Source: an uncultured delta proteobacterium (GTDB taxonomy: Bacteria; Myxococcota_A; Polyangia; Fen-1088). Taken from it: a stretch of 64,000 bases of DNA. The position numbers and the translations under genes were made by a program. Under the pieces are notes generated by a model. That model was not told the DNA's origin. It was given only the letters and a program-made list of their open reading frames with translations, and did not search any database. Location: contig CAVTRY010000013.1 in assembly GCA_963737265.1 (NCBI GenBank), forward strand, positions 515,544 through 579,543, written 5' to 3'. Below are positions 53,081-63,529 of this stretch, piece after piece (position 1 is the stretch's first letter; each line of letters opens with the position of its first letter).

Positions 53081-54620
53081 ACGCGTAAGGGAAACAAGCG
53101 GGGGCCAGGGTTCGAAAACCGGGTGAGAAGGGCGTGGACGGGGTTGCCAGCCCGGGGAGGGAGCCCAAGAAGGAGGGGGCCAGGGTTCGAAAACCGGGTG
53201 AGAAGGGCGTGGACGGGGTTGCCAGCCCGGGGAGGGAGCCCAAGAAGGAGGGGACGAGGACAGGGTTTTGGTCACCTTGGGCGGCAGCATAGAGCGGCAA
53301 TGGCGTCTTCGGGCAGACGGCGGCCCGGGCGGCGCGGTCTACGGGCTGCTTGGGCTAGGCGTGGAACATATCGGTCTGAGCATGGGGCTTGCGGCGCAGC
53401 TCGCGAACCTTCCAGTAGGGCGGCGCCCTCGCCGGGGCCAGGGGTGGTGGCTCGGTCGGCTCTCCCAGGTGGCGCAGGAACCTGGCGATGTTCTCGGGCT
53501 CCTGCACCAGCGATTTGAGCTTCATCTTGCCCCCGCACTTCGGGCAACGGTCGATGTCTTCCTTGAAGGTTTTCTTGGCGAGGATGGCCCACGGGATGTA
53601 GGCGCAGCGATGGGTAGGGGGGGTGCTTGCGGGTTTGGCGGCATCGCCCTGGGGCGGAGGCGGGGGTAGCGGCACGATCAGAGGGCGGAGCTTAGCGGCG
53701 GGGGCGAGAACACCGGAGTAGCGCACCCCATGCAACCTTGGCGGAGGAATCGTGGTGGCAAGACGGCAAAGCAACGAGAGCGGATCCATGTCGACGGCGT
53801 AGGTGCCGTCTCGGAAAGGCTTGCGGAGCGTGATGCGGACCAGACCGTCTGGCAGGAGGCTCAGGCGCTCTTGGGCCAGGGGCGGGCGAAGCACGTACTT
53901 GCACAGGGCTTCGCGGCCACGAGCGTCTTCGGCGCCAGCGCGGGTGGCAGCATGCAGGGAGAACCCGAACTCGGTGACGGAAAGGGGCGCTGTCACTTCG
54001 ACGCCGGGGTGGCCGCGCAGCATCACGGGTTCGGGGCGGCGGCGCAACTCGGGGCCAGCAGGCGGCAGGCCAGACACGGCGGCAGCGGCCAACTGGGCCA
54101 GGGCCGGCTCGCGCTCGGCGAAGCCGTCGTCGAGCACGGTCAGGTCGGAGCCAGGCTCGATGATGCCACGGCGGACAAGGTGTGCGAGGACGCGGGTACG
54201 CACCACCTGCAAGAGGTCGCCGACCTCCTCGGTCGAGAGGCGTGGCAGGGCGTGGAAGACCGGCTTGCCGTCGGGCACGGTCGCAAAGACACCATCGACG
54301 AAAATGGCGTGCAGGTGCGGGTTAAGCTTCACGTCGGCGTTGTTCCGCTGCGCGACCATGACCGCACCGCTGCGGCCGTCGCGAATGCCTTCGTCGCGCA
54401 TTCGGCGTCGATACCATCCAAGAACCGAGTCCATGAAGATCCTGCCGACCGCGCGCAGGGTCTTGCCATCGTAGGCCAGACGCTGGCGAAGCTCGAAGGG
54501 AAATGTCACCACGAACTGTCGCAGGGGAGTTGCTGGCAGCACGTGTTCGAGCCAATTCGTCGCGGTCTGTGCCATTCTTCTACCCGTACACGAGGGGCAA
54601 AATCCGCGCGACTTGCAGCT
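53081..54620 (-). mobile_element. IS91/ISCR-like element; transposase 53355-54620 lacks its N-terminus
   Basis: SCKSRGFCPSC, RQFVVTFP, NPHLH, LCKYVLRPP (single Tyr); terminus CCCGCTTGTTTCCCTTACGCGT. Confidence 0.88.
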
Positions 54621-54719
54621 CCAGCTTGGCCTGGCTGGTGAGCTTCGGCGTGTATCAGGTTGGCCGCGCTCTGGGCGGGTAGAAGAGGACACTGGATGGG
54701 TGTCACTACACATGCTACT

Positions 54720-54938
54720 ATGACACCCATGACGAAGACTCAGGTCTATTTGCAGGATGAAGATTTGGCAGCCCTGCACCAAATTGCAAAACGGACCAGT
54801 CGGCCCGTGGCCGGGTTGATCCGCGAGGCGATCCGAAAGGTCTGGCTTCGGCCGTCGACGAAGGGCCCGGTCGGTCTGTGGGACGGGCAGCCCCGCGCCA
54901 CCTCCGCCGAACACGACGCCATTTACGACCAGCCGTGA
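54720..54938 (+). CDS. CopG/RHH antitoxin
   Basis: KTQVYL...L...A.....VAGLIREAI; GTGA overlap with the PIN gene. Confidence 0.8.
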   Translation: MTPMTKTQVYLQDEDLAALHQIAKRTSRPVAGLIREAIRKVWLRPSTKGPVGLWDGQPRATSAEHDAIYDQP

Positions 54939-56853
54939 CTCGAAGCAACGATCTGGTCTTCGTGGATACAGGTGCCTGGATCGCGCTGGCGCTGACCCGC
55001 GATCCCTTGCACGATCGAGCCAGGGCCGCATGGGAGGGATTGCTCGACAAGGGGTCGCGACTGGCGACCTCGATTCCGGTCGTACTAGAAACCTGGTTCA
55101 TCGCGCGTTCGGGTGATTGCGAAGGCAACGGCGTAGCCGCCGCTCCGGGGGCCGGCAAGGCGCTTCGCGCCTCCTCCGCTTCGCTCCGGCCCTACGGGTG
55201 ACGGCCTCCTCGCTGGCGGCTCAGGTGCTGCTATGCGACGACGAGGATCTCGTCGCCGCGCGCGACGGTGCGCGAAATGAAAAGTGGACGTCCGTCGGTG
55301 ATCCTTCGGGTTTATGCAAATCACGAGGAACTCCCAACGAACGTCCGTCCCTGGTATTTTGGCATTGCAGCTGGCCATTGCAAACGGCTGGCGTGTCAGT
55401 TTCGACAGCTACAGCGGTACCGATGGCTCCTGGCATGTACACCTGTATCCGACCAGGCAGTCGGCTGTGTGCTCCGGCTGTGGAGAGACCAAGCGCTGCG
55501 CGCTGGATATCAAGAATTGCGCCCGGGCCTGGCGTCATCTCGACGGTTGGGGCATCCGCACGGTCGTCATCGCGCCTCTGCGGCGCGTGCGCTGTCGCCG
55601 CTGTGGGATCCGGGTCGAACAGGTCCCGTGGGCGCGCACCGGCTCGCGCATGACTCACATGTTCGAGGCGGAGGTCCTGCGGCGTGCCCGCACGACTTCC
55701 ATTGCCGGCGTGTGCCGCCAACTCGGGCTGCACTGGACTACCGTCATGCGCCTCATCACCCACTGGGTCGAGGATGCGGTCGAGCGCCGCTTCCATCGCA
55801 AGCTTCGCATCATCGGCGTCGACGAGGTCAGCTACGGCCGAGGCCAGAACAAGTATCTGACCATCGTCTGGGACCACGAGGCCGGACACGTGGTTTGGAT
55901 CGGCGAGGGCAAGCAGGAGGAAACACTCAAGCAGTTTTTCGTGAAGCTGGGACCGCGCCGGTCGCATCGGCTGGTGGCAGTCACGCTGGACATGGCCCAA
56001 GGCTACATCAACGCCATCTGCGAACATGCCCCACAGGCTGACCTCGTCTTCGACCGATTCCACATCGAGCACCACCTCACCGACGCCGTCGACCAGGTCC
56101 GCAAGGCGGAATTTTGGCGCAAGGGTGGCCTGTATCGCGAGGCCATCCGAGGCAAGAAGTTCCTCCTGCTCAAGAAGCGTCGTCGTCTTCACTGGCGTCG
56201 CCGTCGCGAGCTTGACGAGCTATTCCGCCTCAACCGACGTCTCCAGGTAGCGTACCTGCTCAAGGAGCAGTTCGACGTCGTATGGGGCTATCACACTGAG
56301 GTCGGTATGGCTGCAGCACTCGACCACTGGCGTCGCCTATTACGCTGGCAACGACTTGGCTCGTTGAAGCGATTCTGGAACATGATTAAGCGCCATTGGT
56401 CGGGCGTTATTGCCTGGGCCAAGCACGGTCTTTCCAACGCAGCCCTCGAAGGCAACAATTCACGTGTTCGCGGCATCAGCCAGCGTGGCCACGGCTACCG
56501 CAACCCCGACAACCTCATGCAGATCCTGTATTTCTCATGCTGCCACTGACCCTCGACGGAAGCTCACCCGAAAGCGTGATGGGCGAGAAACCTTCACCTT
56601 CCTCGATCGCAACGCGACCCAAGACGTTGCTCTCGCCTGGAAGAACTCCTTGGCTAGTCTGCCGCGATTTCGTCTGCTGGAGTGCGGGAGCCACGACCTC
56701 GAACGTGCTTGGGTCTACTTCGCCAAACCCGAGCTCCACAAGCTATCCGCCGTGGACGCCACCAGCTTCGTGCTCATGGCGCGCGAAAGGATCCGACTGG
56801 CGTTCGCCTTCGACCACCACTTCGCTTCAGCCGGTTTTCGCATGGTTGACTAG
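54935..56853 (+). pseudogene. vapC: VapC/PIN toxin split by ISL3
   Basis: VFVDTGAWIA...VVLET, then FTFL...LSAVDATSFVLM...FAFDHHFASAGF after the IS. Confidence 0.88.
55095..56585 (+). mobile_element. ISL3-family IS, 1491 bp; transposase 55314-56549
   Basis: 8-bp TSD AGAAACCT; imperfect IRs ending TTCGGGTGA; IGVDE, TLDM, FDRFHI, SNAALEGNN. Confidence 0.93.
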
Positions 56854-56904
56854 CTGCCGGCAGGTGGAGTCGTTCGCCGAGCCATCGGCGGCGAACACAG
56901 GGAT

Positions 56905-56998
56905 TCGCGTCCAATGCCCATGCCAGACCGATGCGATTGGAGCTGAGGGTGGAGTCGCAACGGCATTTTATGACCTGAATTTTCCAAGTTCCCGTACG
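56905..56998 (-). pseudogene. Orphan C-terminal remnant of a subtilase paralogue
   Basis: TGTWKIQVIKCRCDSTLSSNRIGLAW resembles TGMYTIMATKWRCDSTFASNRIGLAW at the end of the upstream protease. Confidence 0.65.
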
Positions 56999-57065
56999 CA
57001 CCGACACAACGCGGACCCTCGGGAGGCATTTCCTTCGGGTCCGCGTGATACGATACTATTGTCGC

Positions 57066-57463
57066 TTAGTCCCCTCCGGTATCGCCCGCATTTCCCGTTC
57101 CACTGTCGCCCACGGTGCCAGCATCTTGCGGATAGCACGCGTTGTAGTTCGCTTCCCCAGACTTGTAGCAGGTTCCATCGTCGTCCTGCCACCCTTGCGG
57201 AACGAAGCAGTCCGCCATCCCCCAACAGTGCCCGGCCGGATCTCTCAAACCAAATGTCAGCTGACAGCCGGGGACGTCTGCAGGCCAACAGGCAACAGGG
57301 TCGATCTCTTCTACGCACTGATCGTCCAGCCAGCCGGCAACAATAGAACGGCACTGTGAGTACTTCCCACAATCGGTGGGCGCTACGTTGTAGCAGTCAA
57401 CGGGCTTGCTGCTGCAGCAGCAAGCCCGAACAGAGCAAGAAGAATGGGACAGCGAAAACACAT
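57066..57463 (-). CDS. Small Cys-rich lipoprotein; apparent frameshift at the lipobox
   Basis: TGATG coupling to the protease; MCFRCPILLALFGLA(A)C-SSKPVDC... with about eight mature Cys. Confidence 0.6.
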
Positions 57464-59550
57464 CACGGCGCCTGGTGCCAGGCCAAACCAATGCGATTGG
57501 AAGCAAAGGTGGAATCGCAACGCCACTTCGTGGCCATAATCGTGTACATACCTGTCTGAGAGGGCACAAAATCACCATATTCATAATTGTTGTCGTAGCT
57601 ATTAGATAGGACATACACGTTGCCCTGGGGATCCTTGATCATAAGATCCATATCTGCCTGGGGCTGATTGGCGTATTGGCTGTAGTTGGGGTCTTGCGTC
57701 CATGCAATAGCCAATCGCGTCTGTTTCCCAGCGATGAGATACATCGGCCAGGTGTACGGCCACGTGCCAGAGCACTGCGGCGGCGTATCTCCCCTCCAGT
57801 TTCCGTTGACGCCCCTTACGATATCGCCCGCAACCCCGATGTTGACAAGCCCCGCGCCATAGTGGTCTCGGTCTGAAGTCGGCAGCGGCTGCGCCGCAGC
57901 CATCATGATAGCCTTCACGGTTTCGGGCCACATGACTGGTGCTGACTGAAGCAATAGAGCCGCCGTACCAGTAACAAAGGGCGCAGACAGACTCGTCCCA
58001 TCGACTTCGCCCGTCAGGTTGCAGTTGGCGCTGTCGAAAGTAGTCTTACCACTGCACACTTCTAACGTGTTGAGGCCCACAGCGGGCGCGATGACCTCGG
58101 GCTTGTTTCTGTCACCGTTGGTTGACAATGGGTTCTTCCACGCGGAACAGGGCCAGATGTCGGGATAGGTCGACCCGATCTGCCCGTCGGCGCCGCCCAC
58201 TGTTATCACATTGAATCCCAATCCCGGCGACATGACCATTCCAGTTGAAACCATGCCAGGGGACTGTTTCCAACAGTCAGGCTGCTGGTCCGTCGAATTG
58301 CCAGCAGAAAACACGATGTTTATCCGATTGCTAAAGACCAGGGAGTCGAAGAACTTGTCGTCGTTCGTCGGCCTGGATCCGACTGCTGTTGTATCTATTC
58401 CCCAACTGTTATTTATCGCGACCGCACCCCATGTCTTGCCGGCAGTCGCCTGAGCCTCGAGATATGACGAGCTGGACTTGCACATGCCGGCAATATAGCG
58501 GGCTATGTTGGGAGCCACGCCTTTAAATGTATATTCATTCGATCCCATAACACTGGCAACCCTTGCCATATGACTGTAGTCATCCGGGCAGCCTGTCCCC
58601 GGTTGGGGTTCGGTGAAGGGCGAAATCTCCGGTACCACGCTGGCAGCAGGCAATGGCGCGGTTGGTTCGACTTGCGCTACCTTGACCCCATTGCCGGTAA
58701 GGCTGATAGGTGCCGCTTGTAGTCGGCTGTAACCCAAATTGTTTTTGGCATAGTCTAGTTGAGCCTTGGGTTGCCGGTCAGCAACGTCGACAGTATCAAC
58801 ATCCAAATCGGCCTCCAGCGCCGCAATGGCGGCGGGAGGCAGGGTGGCGATGAAGTAGGGTTGATCGCCCACGTCGATGGCATTGGGATCGAGCTTGCGC
58901 AACTTGGCCAAGAAACGGGCCTTCACGTTCGCGGTCGACTTCGCGTAGGCCGCGTGGGCCACGTTCCTGAGCGATTCGACGGCTTGGGTATTGAGTCGCA
59001 ACGACTCCGGAGCACCGTCACCCACCGGGGATACGGTCTGGGGAACGATGTCCGAATCGGGCACGTGAAGCCAGAAGCTGACCTGGAGCTTCTGCGCCGC
59101 CGTTGCCAGCTGCACCTTGTTGTGGAGGTCCACGGTCCTCTTGCCATACTTCGCCCGCCTGGCCGCTTCCTCCGCGGCGATCAGGCTGTCCGCATCGACT
59201 TCGTTGCCGTTTCCATCGACCGCAACGGCGACGGCACCAGGTTGCCCACCGGAAAGTGTGAAGGCCTTGTGTCTGGTGATGGGTCCTTTGCCGGTCAATG
59301 GCAGCGTCAAGGTCTGCCCGGCCCCGAGGGTGACCGCGGCCGGGGCCACGCCGAGTTTCGCGGCGGCGAGCCCAACGAGGGTGGCGTCAGCGGCTCCGAC
59401 GGGAGCCGATAGCTGCGCATGAGCAGCTCTGCCACCTAAAGGGACGGCCGCGGCTCGGTCACATCCGAGTTGAAACAGGAGCGACACTGCCAATATCGTC
59501 CCCCCCCCCGAAGCTTTGCACAATCTCCAACTGCTAGAACTAACCACTTT
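57463..59550 (-). CDS. S8 subtilase-family protease, possibly a lipoprotein; start uncertain
   Basis: SHMARVA (His), NNSWG, FSAGN, KPEVIAP, GTSLSAPFVTG (Ser), YGAG; LGC lipobox. Confidence 0.88.
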   Translation of the reverse strand, partial: KVVSSSSWRLCKASGGGTILAVSLLFQLGCDRAAAVPLGGRAAHAQLSAPVGAADATLVGLAAAKLGVAPAAVTLGAGQTLTLPLTGKGPITRHKAFTLSGGQPGAVAVAVDGNGNEVDADSLIAAEEAARRAKYGKRTVDLHNKVQLATAAQKLQVSFWLHVPDSDIVPQTVSPVGDGAPESLRLNTQAVESLRNVAHAAYAKSTANVKARFLAKLRKLDPNAIDVGDQPYFIATLPPAAIAALEADLDVDTVDVADRQPKAQLDYAKNNLGYSRLQAAPISLTGNGVKVAQVEPTAPLPAASVVPEISPFTEPQPGTGCPDDYSHMARVASVMGSNEYTFKGVAPNIARYIAGMCKSSSSYLEAQATAGKTWGAVAINNSWGIDTTAVGSRPTNDDKFFDSLVFSNRINIVFSAGNSTDQQPDCWKQSPGMVSTGMVMSPGLGFNVITVGGADGQIGSTYPDIWPCSAWKNPLSTNGDRNKPEVIAPAVGLNTLEVCSGKTTFDSANCNLTGEVDGTSLSAPFVTGTAALLLQSAPVMWPETVKAIMMAAAQPLPTSDRDHYGAGLVNIGVAGDIVRGVNGNWRGDTPPQCSGTWPYTWPMYLIAGKQTRLAIAWTQDPNYSQYANQPQADMDLMIKDPQGNVYVLSNSYDNNYEYGDFVPSQTGMYTIMATKWRCDSTFASNRIGLAWHQAP

Positions 59551-59553
59551 TGT

Positions 59554-61218
59554 GGGTCTTCTAGGAATGTTCTGCAATAGGCGCAGATCAGAGCCCTTTT
59601 CGGCCGAGATTCTGCGATCTAGCGCAACCGTGAAACTCGTCTACTCCAGTTTTCCGCAGATGCGGAGGATTTTGAGCTTGAGGTAGTCGCGATCATGGAA
59701 CCCGTAGGCCTGCTTCTTGATCGTGCCGACCACGTTGTTGAAGCCTTCGGCCATGCCGTTGGCCACACGGTGCTGGAAGTAGTTCTCAATCCCGGTCCTT
59801 CGTCGTTCGATCGTCTTGAGGACGTGAACGAGTTCAGGAATGCCGCTCTCCCGCACTTGCCCCTCCCATTCCTTTAGTCGCTTTCGCCCGTCCTTGAGAT
59901 CCTTCGCTTTGAAGACTTCTCGAAAGGCTTCCTTGAGTATGTGGCCTGCTGTGAGGTCTGTGTTCAGCGCGAGCAACTCCTTCAGCGAGACGCGTTGCCG
60001 GACGCTCAGGCTCTCCTGGGCTCGTAGCAGAACGTAGCGCTGTCCCTTGATGAGCCTCCGTCCGGCAGGGGACAGTTGCCGCTGAAGGCGGCGGCGGATC
60101 TCGTCGAGGGCATCGTGCACGATCTTGCTCACGTGGAAGTGGTCGAAGACAATGGCCGCCTTGGGCAGACGTTTCCGCAGCACCTTCACGTAGGGGTCGT
60201 GCATGTCCGTCACCGCAACCTTGATCCGCCTCGCGCGCTGGGGCCCAGCCACGTGAGGAACCGGCCCACTGCCCGGCCGTCATTGCCGTGTGTCGCGTAG
60301 ATCACCCGGTGGCCATCCAGATCGGTTACCAGCGTCAGGTACTTGTGGCCTTTCTGGTACGACACCTCGTCGATCCCGATGCGGGTCACGCCGCTCAGGT
60401 CGCGCTTGCGCAACAGACCGCGGATGTAGCGGACCTCCGCGTCCTTCACCGTTTCCCAGTTCAGTGCCATTCGCTTCGCCACCGCCTTTACTGTCGAGTC
60501 GCCCGTCAGCCTGAATAGGTGCTTCTCCATGCGCCTCGTGCACCGAGCGTACTGCCGCGCCAGACTCACCGCCACTTCCGGCCGGCCACACCTGTCACAC
60601 TCGATGTGGTGTACCCGTACCAGTAGCTCGATGTGCCGCCTGCCGACGTCGAGATCACGGAGCGGCTGCCATCGACTCGCTCTGCCTTCGGCGACTGTCT
60701 CCCGACACCGGGGGCAACGAAACCGCAACGCCTCGGCACTAGCGTCAGGCGGCCCCAACCAGCCCAGCGCTTCGCGGCCACCACCACATAGCGGGGCAAG
60801 TCCAGAAGCGCCCGGATACTCTGGGCTATGTGGTCGCATTTTCTTCCTGCCATCGGATCCTCCCGATGGCAGCAGAGCATGCGTTTGCCAACCTTCCGCC
60901 CACCAACCAGCCAGTGCCGTGGTAGCTAGAAACCGTCCGAGCGAGACACACAACCACCCAGCTTGCGCCTACCACGGCGGCGAGCGCGCAGCCGGCCGAT
61001 CAGCGCGCCCCACCAAAGGGCGCGCCGGCTGGCGGCGCCGTGGACGTCAAAGTTGAACGTCTTCGCCGCCGTGGCGCCGAGACAGAGCGGCGCTAGGTGC
61101 ACTCCGAGTCTGCGTGTGGCGTGAGAGAGAAGTTCGGCAGCGACGCGACCACTCCACAACCGCAGATCGGTGTCACGTCATCCCCGACACTTGATTGCAG
61201 AACATTCCTAGAAGAACC
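59554..61218 (-). mobile_element. Second ISL3-family IS; transposase about 59641-60853 with two frameshifts
   Basis: 25-bp IRs GG(G/T)TCTTCTAGGAATGTTCTGCAAT; IGIDE, VTDM, FDHFHV, NGMAEGFNN, AYGF; no TSD. Confidence 0.88.
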
Positions 61219-61324
61219 CGAATTCCTTCCCCGGGCTCAAGAGGTTCTAGGCGAAGCCGGCTCCAGGCTGCTGGAGAAGCCGTTCATGAGCGCGAAAGAG
61301 CGCGAAATGAGCAGCATCCACTAG
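61219..61324 (+). pseudogene. Possible response-regulator C-terminal fragment
   Basis: FLPRAQEVL...RLLEKPF (receiver KPF motif). Confidence 0.35.
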
Positions 61325-61351
61325 CCTCTCGCACTGTCTTCGATACAACTG

Positions 61352-62242
61352 CTAAATGATCGTGCCGTCGACGATCACACCGTTCTTTGGGATGACGATG
61401 ATTCCTTCACGGATGTAATAGCCGGCGCCGTCGTGATTGACCACACCTGCCTGGTTCACGATGCGCACGCCGCGACCGATACGAGCGTTCTTGTCGACAA
61501 TAGCGCCTTCGATGACCGAGTCTGCGCCAACGCCGATCGGAGGAACACCGCGGTAGTCGGCCGCCACAATCTCGGAAAGCGTCTCGTAGTCATCGGCACC
61601 GAGGAGCAGACTGTTACGAATACGTACATTCTTGCCTAGGCGGCTGCGAATACCGATGATGGCACGCTCGATGGTCGCCCCCTGGACGACGCATCCCTCG
61701 GAGATGAGTGCATTCTGGACCGTGCACTGTTCAAGCTTCGACGCCGGTAAGAAGCGCGAATTGGTGAATACCGGACGAGTGGTATCGTAGAAATCGAACG
61801 GGGGCACCGGCTGGCACAGCGCCAGGTTCGCTTGAAAATACGAGGAAATGGTTCCCACATCCTCCCAGTACCCATGGTACACGTGTGCCTGCACGCGCAG
61901 GCCCGGAACAGCATTCGGGATGACGTGTCGCCCAAAATCAACCAGCTTGGAATCGGCAATCGCTTGTTCGAGTACCTCCCGCTGAAAGATGTAGATTCCC
62001 ATCGAAGCCAGGTACCCGGGAGCATGGCCAGGGACATCGGAAACAAGCGCGGCTAGACGTTCGCGCGGAGGCTTCTCGTCGAAGTGGACGATGCGGCCGG
62101 TGCTGTCCAGTTTGACGATGCCGAAGCCAGAGGCCTGCACCTCGGGCACGTGGGTGACCGCAACCGTGGCGTCGGCGCCGCTCTCGCGGTGTGTGCGCAG
62201 CATCTGGCGAAAATCCATGCTGTAAAGTTGGTCGCCTGAGAG
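61352..62242 (-). pseudogene. glgC: Glucose-1-phosphate adenylyltransferase, 5'-truncated
   Basis: LSGDQLYSMD, ASMGIYIF, DFG, GYWEDVGTI, IVDKNARIG; N-terminal GGxGxRL domain absent. Confidence 0.88.
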
Positions 62243-62985
62243 TGGTATCCTAATGCCGGAGGCGTCTGTTATGCTCGTCCATGGGATCCATACATTGTGA
62301 ACAGGACATCCTTCGCTACAAATTTTGGCGGCTACCGTGGCGGCGGCTACGGTGGCGGCGGTTTTGGTGGCGGCGGTTTTGGTGGGCGGTACGGCGGGAA
62401 CCGAAACACACTTCTCGGCAGCAGCTATGTTCCGATAAATGCGCGCGGCGCCGCGGGCGCATCGATTGCTCAGGTTTCAGCCTTCGGCGGACGCGGCGCC
62501 TACCGGTCGCTGCCTGCCGGTTCGACGGCGTTCAGAGGTGGCCACTATGTCGGCGCGCCTGCCAATGGCGCCTCACCGGTCGCCGGACCTCCGGCGGCGC
62601 GTGCCACGGCGTTATCGACTTCGCCCACACGCTTCGTTCAACACGATCCCCCGGCGTCGGTGTCTCGTGCCGCACTTTCCCGCACAGTTAATCGCGTCGC
62701 ATCGCCGCTTCAGAGCCCATCGGTCGCACGGCAGACACTTGCGCAGCGGCCATCTGCTGCTGCGACAAATGTCCGTAATCCGGGACTTACGCGCGGGGCT
62801 GCTAACACACCTGGCCGCGCAAGCGGGCCAGTATCTGCCTCAGGCAGGGGGACCAGGGTCTTTTCGGCCGGTGTGATGTCAGGTGGAGCGAACCGCGCAC
62901 AAAACGCTGCCAACCGTGCGCGCATGGCTCTCGGCATGCCGCGCAGCGTTGCTGGCGCAACCGGTATGCGGCATCCGTCTGTATC
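62243..62985 (+). pseudogene. Fragment of a Gly/Ala/Pro-rich protein
   Basis: GGGYGGGGFGG repeats; no clean start or stop. Confidence 0.4.
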
Positions 62986-63465
62986 CGGCGATGCTGCTGC
63001 ACCGGGACGTCAGCAAGAAGGAGGCGCTCGACCGGGCCGTCGAGGTTCTCGACCTGGTGGGCATGCCGCGGGCGCGGGAACGGGTCGACGAGTACCCGCA
63101 CCAGTTCTCCGGCGGCATGCGGCAGCGCGTGATGATCGCGATGGCCCTGGCGTGCGATCCGAAGCTGCTCATCGCCGACGAGCCGACCACCGCGCTTGAC
63201 GTGACGATCCAGAAGCAGATCCTCGAGCTCATCGACGACCTGCGGCGGCGGCTCGGCATGGCGGTCATCATGGTCACGCACGACCTCGGCGTGATCGCCG
63301 GGCGCGCGGACCGGGTCGCGGTCATGTACGCGGGCAAGGTGGTGGAGACCACCGACACCAACGCCCTGTACGCCAACCCGCGCCATCCCTATACCGAGGC
63401 GCTCTTTCACGCCCTGCCGGAGAAGTCGGCGGAGACCAGGGAGCGGCTGTACTCGATTCCCGGCG
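62986..63465 (+). pseudogene. OppD/DppD peptide ABC ATPase internal fragment
   Basis: [50 protein letters not shown]; no Walker A. Confidence 0.85.
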
Positions 63466-63529
63466 CGGATATGGGCGATGGAGATCGTGCAAATGCATAC
63501 GCATCCCTCAGCCCTTCGCGGCGCTCGCG

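Noticed and set aside
56905-57560. DGR template/variable repeat pair
   Set aside because: Differences are not restricted to adenines, many are synonymous, and no reverse transcriptase is present.
59551-59577. ORF-track start of the subtilase at 59577
   Set aside because: That start falls inside the ISL3 inverted repeat, so it is not the native start.
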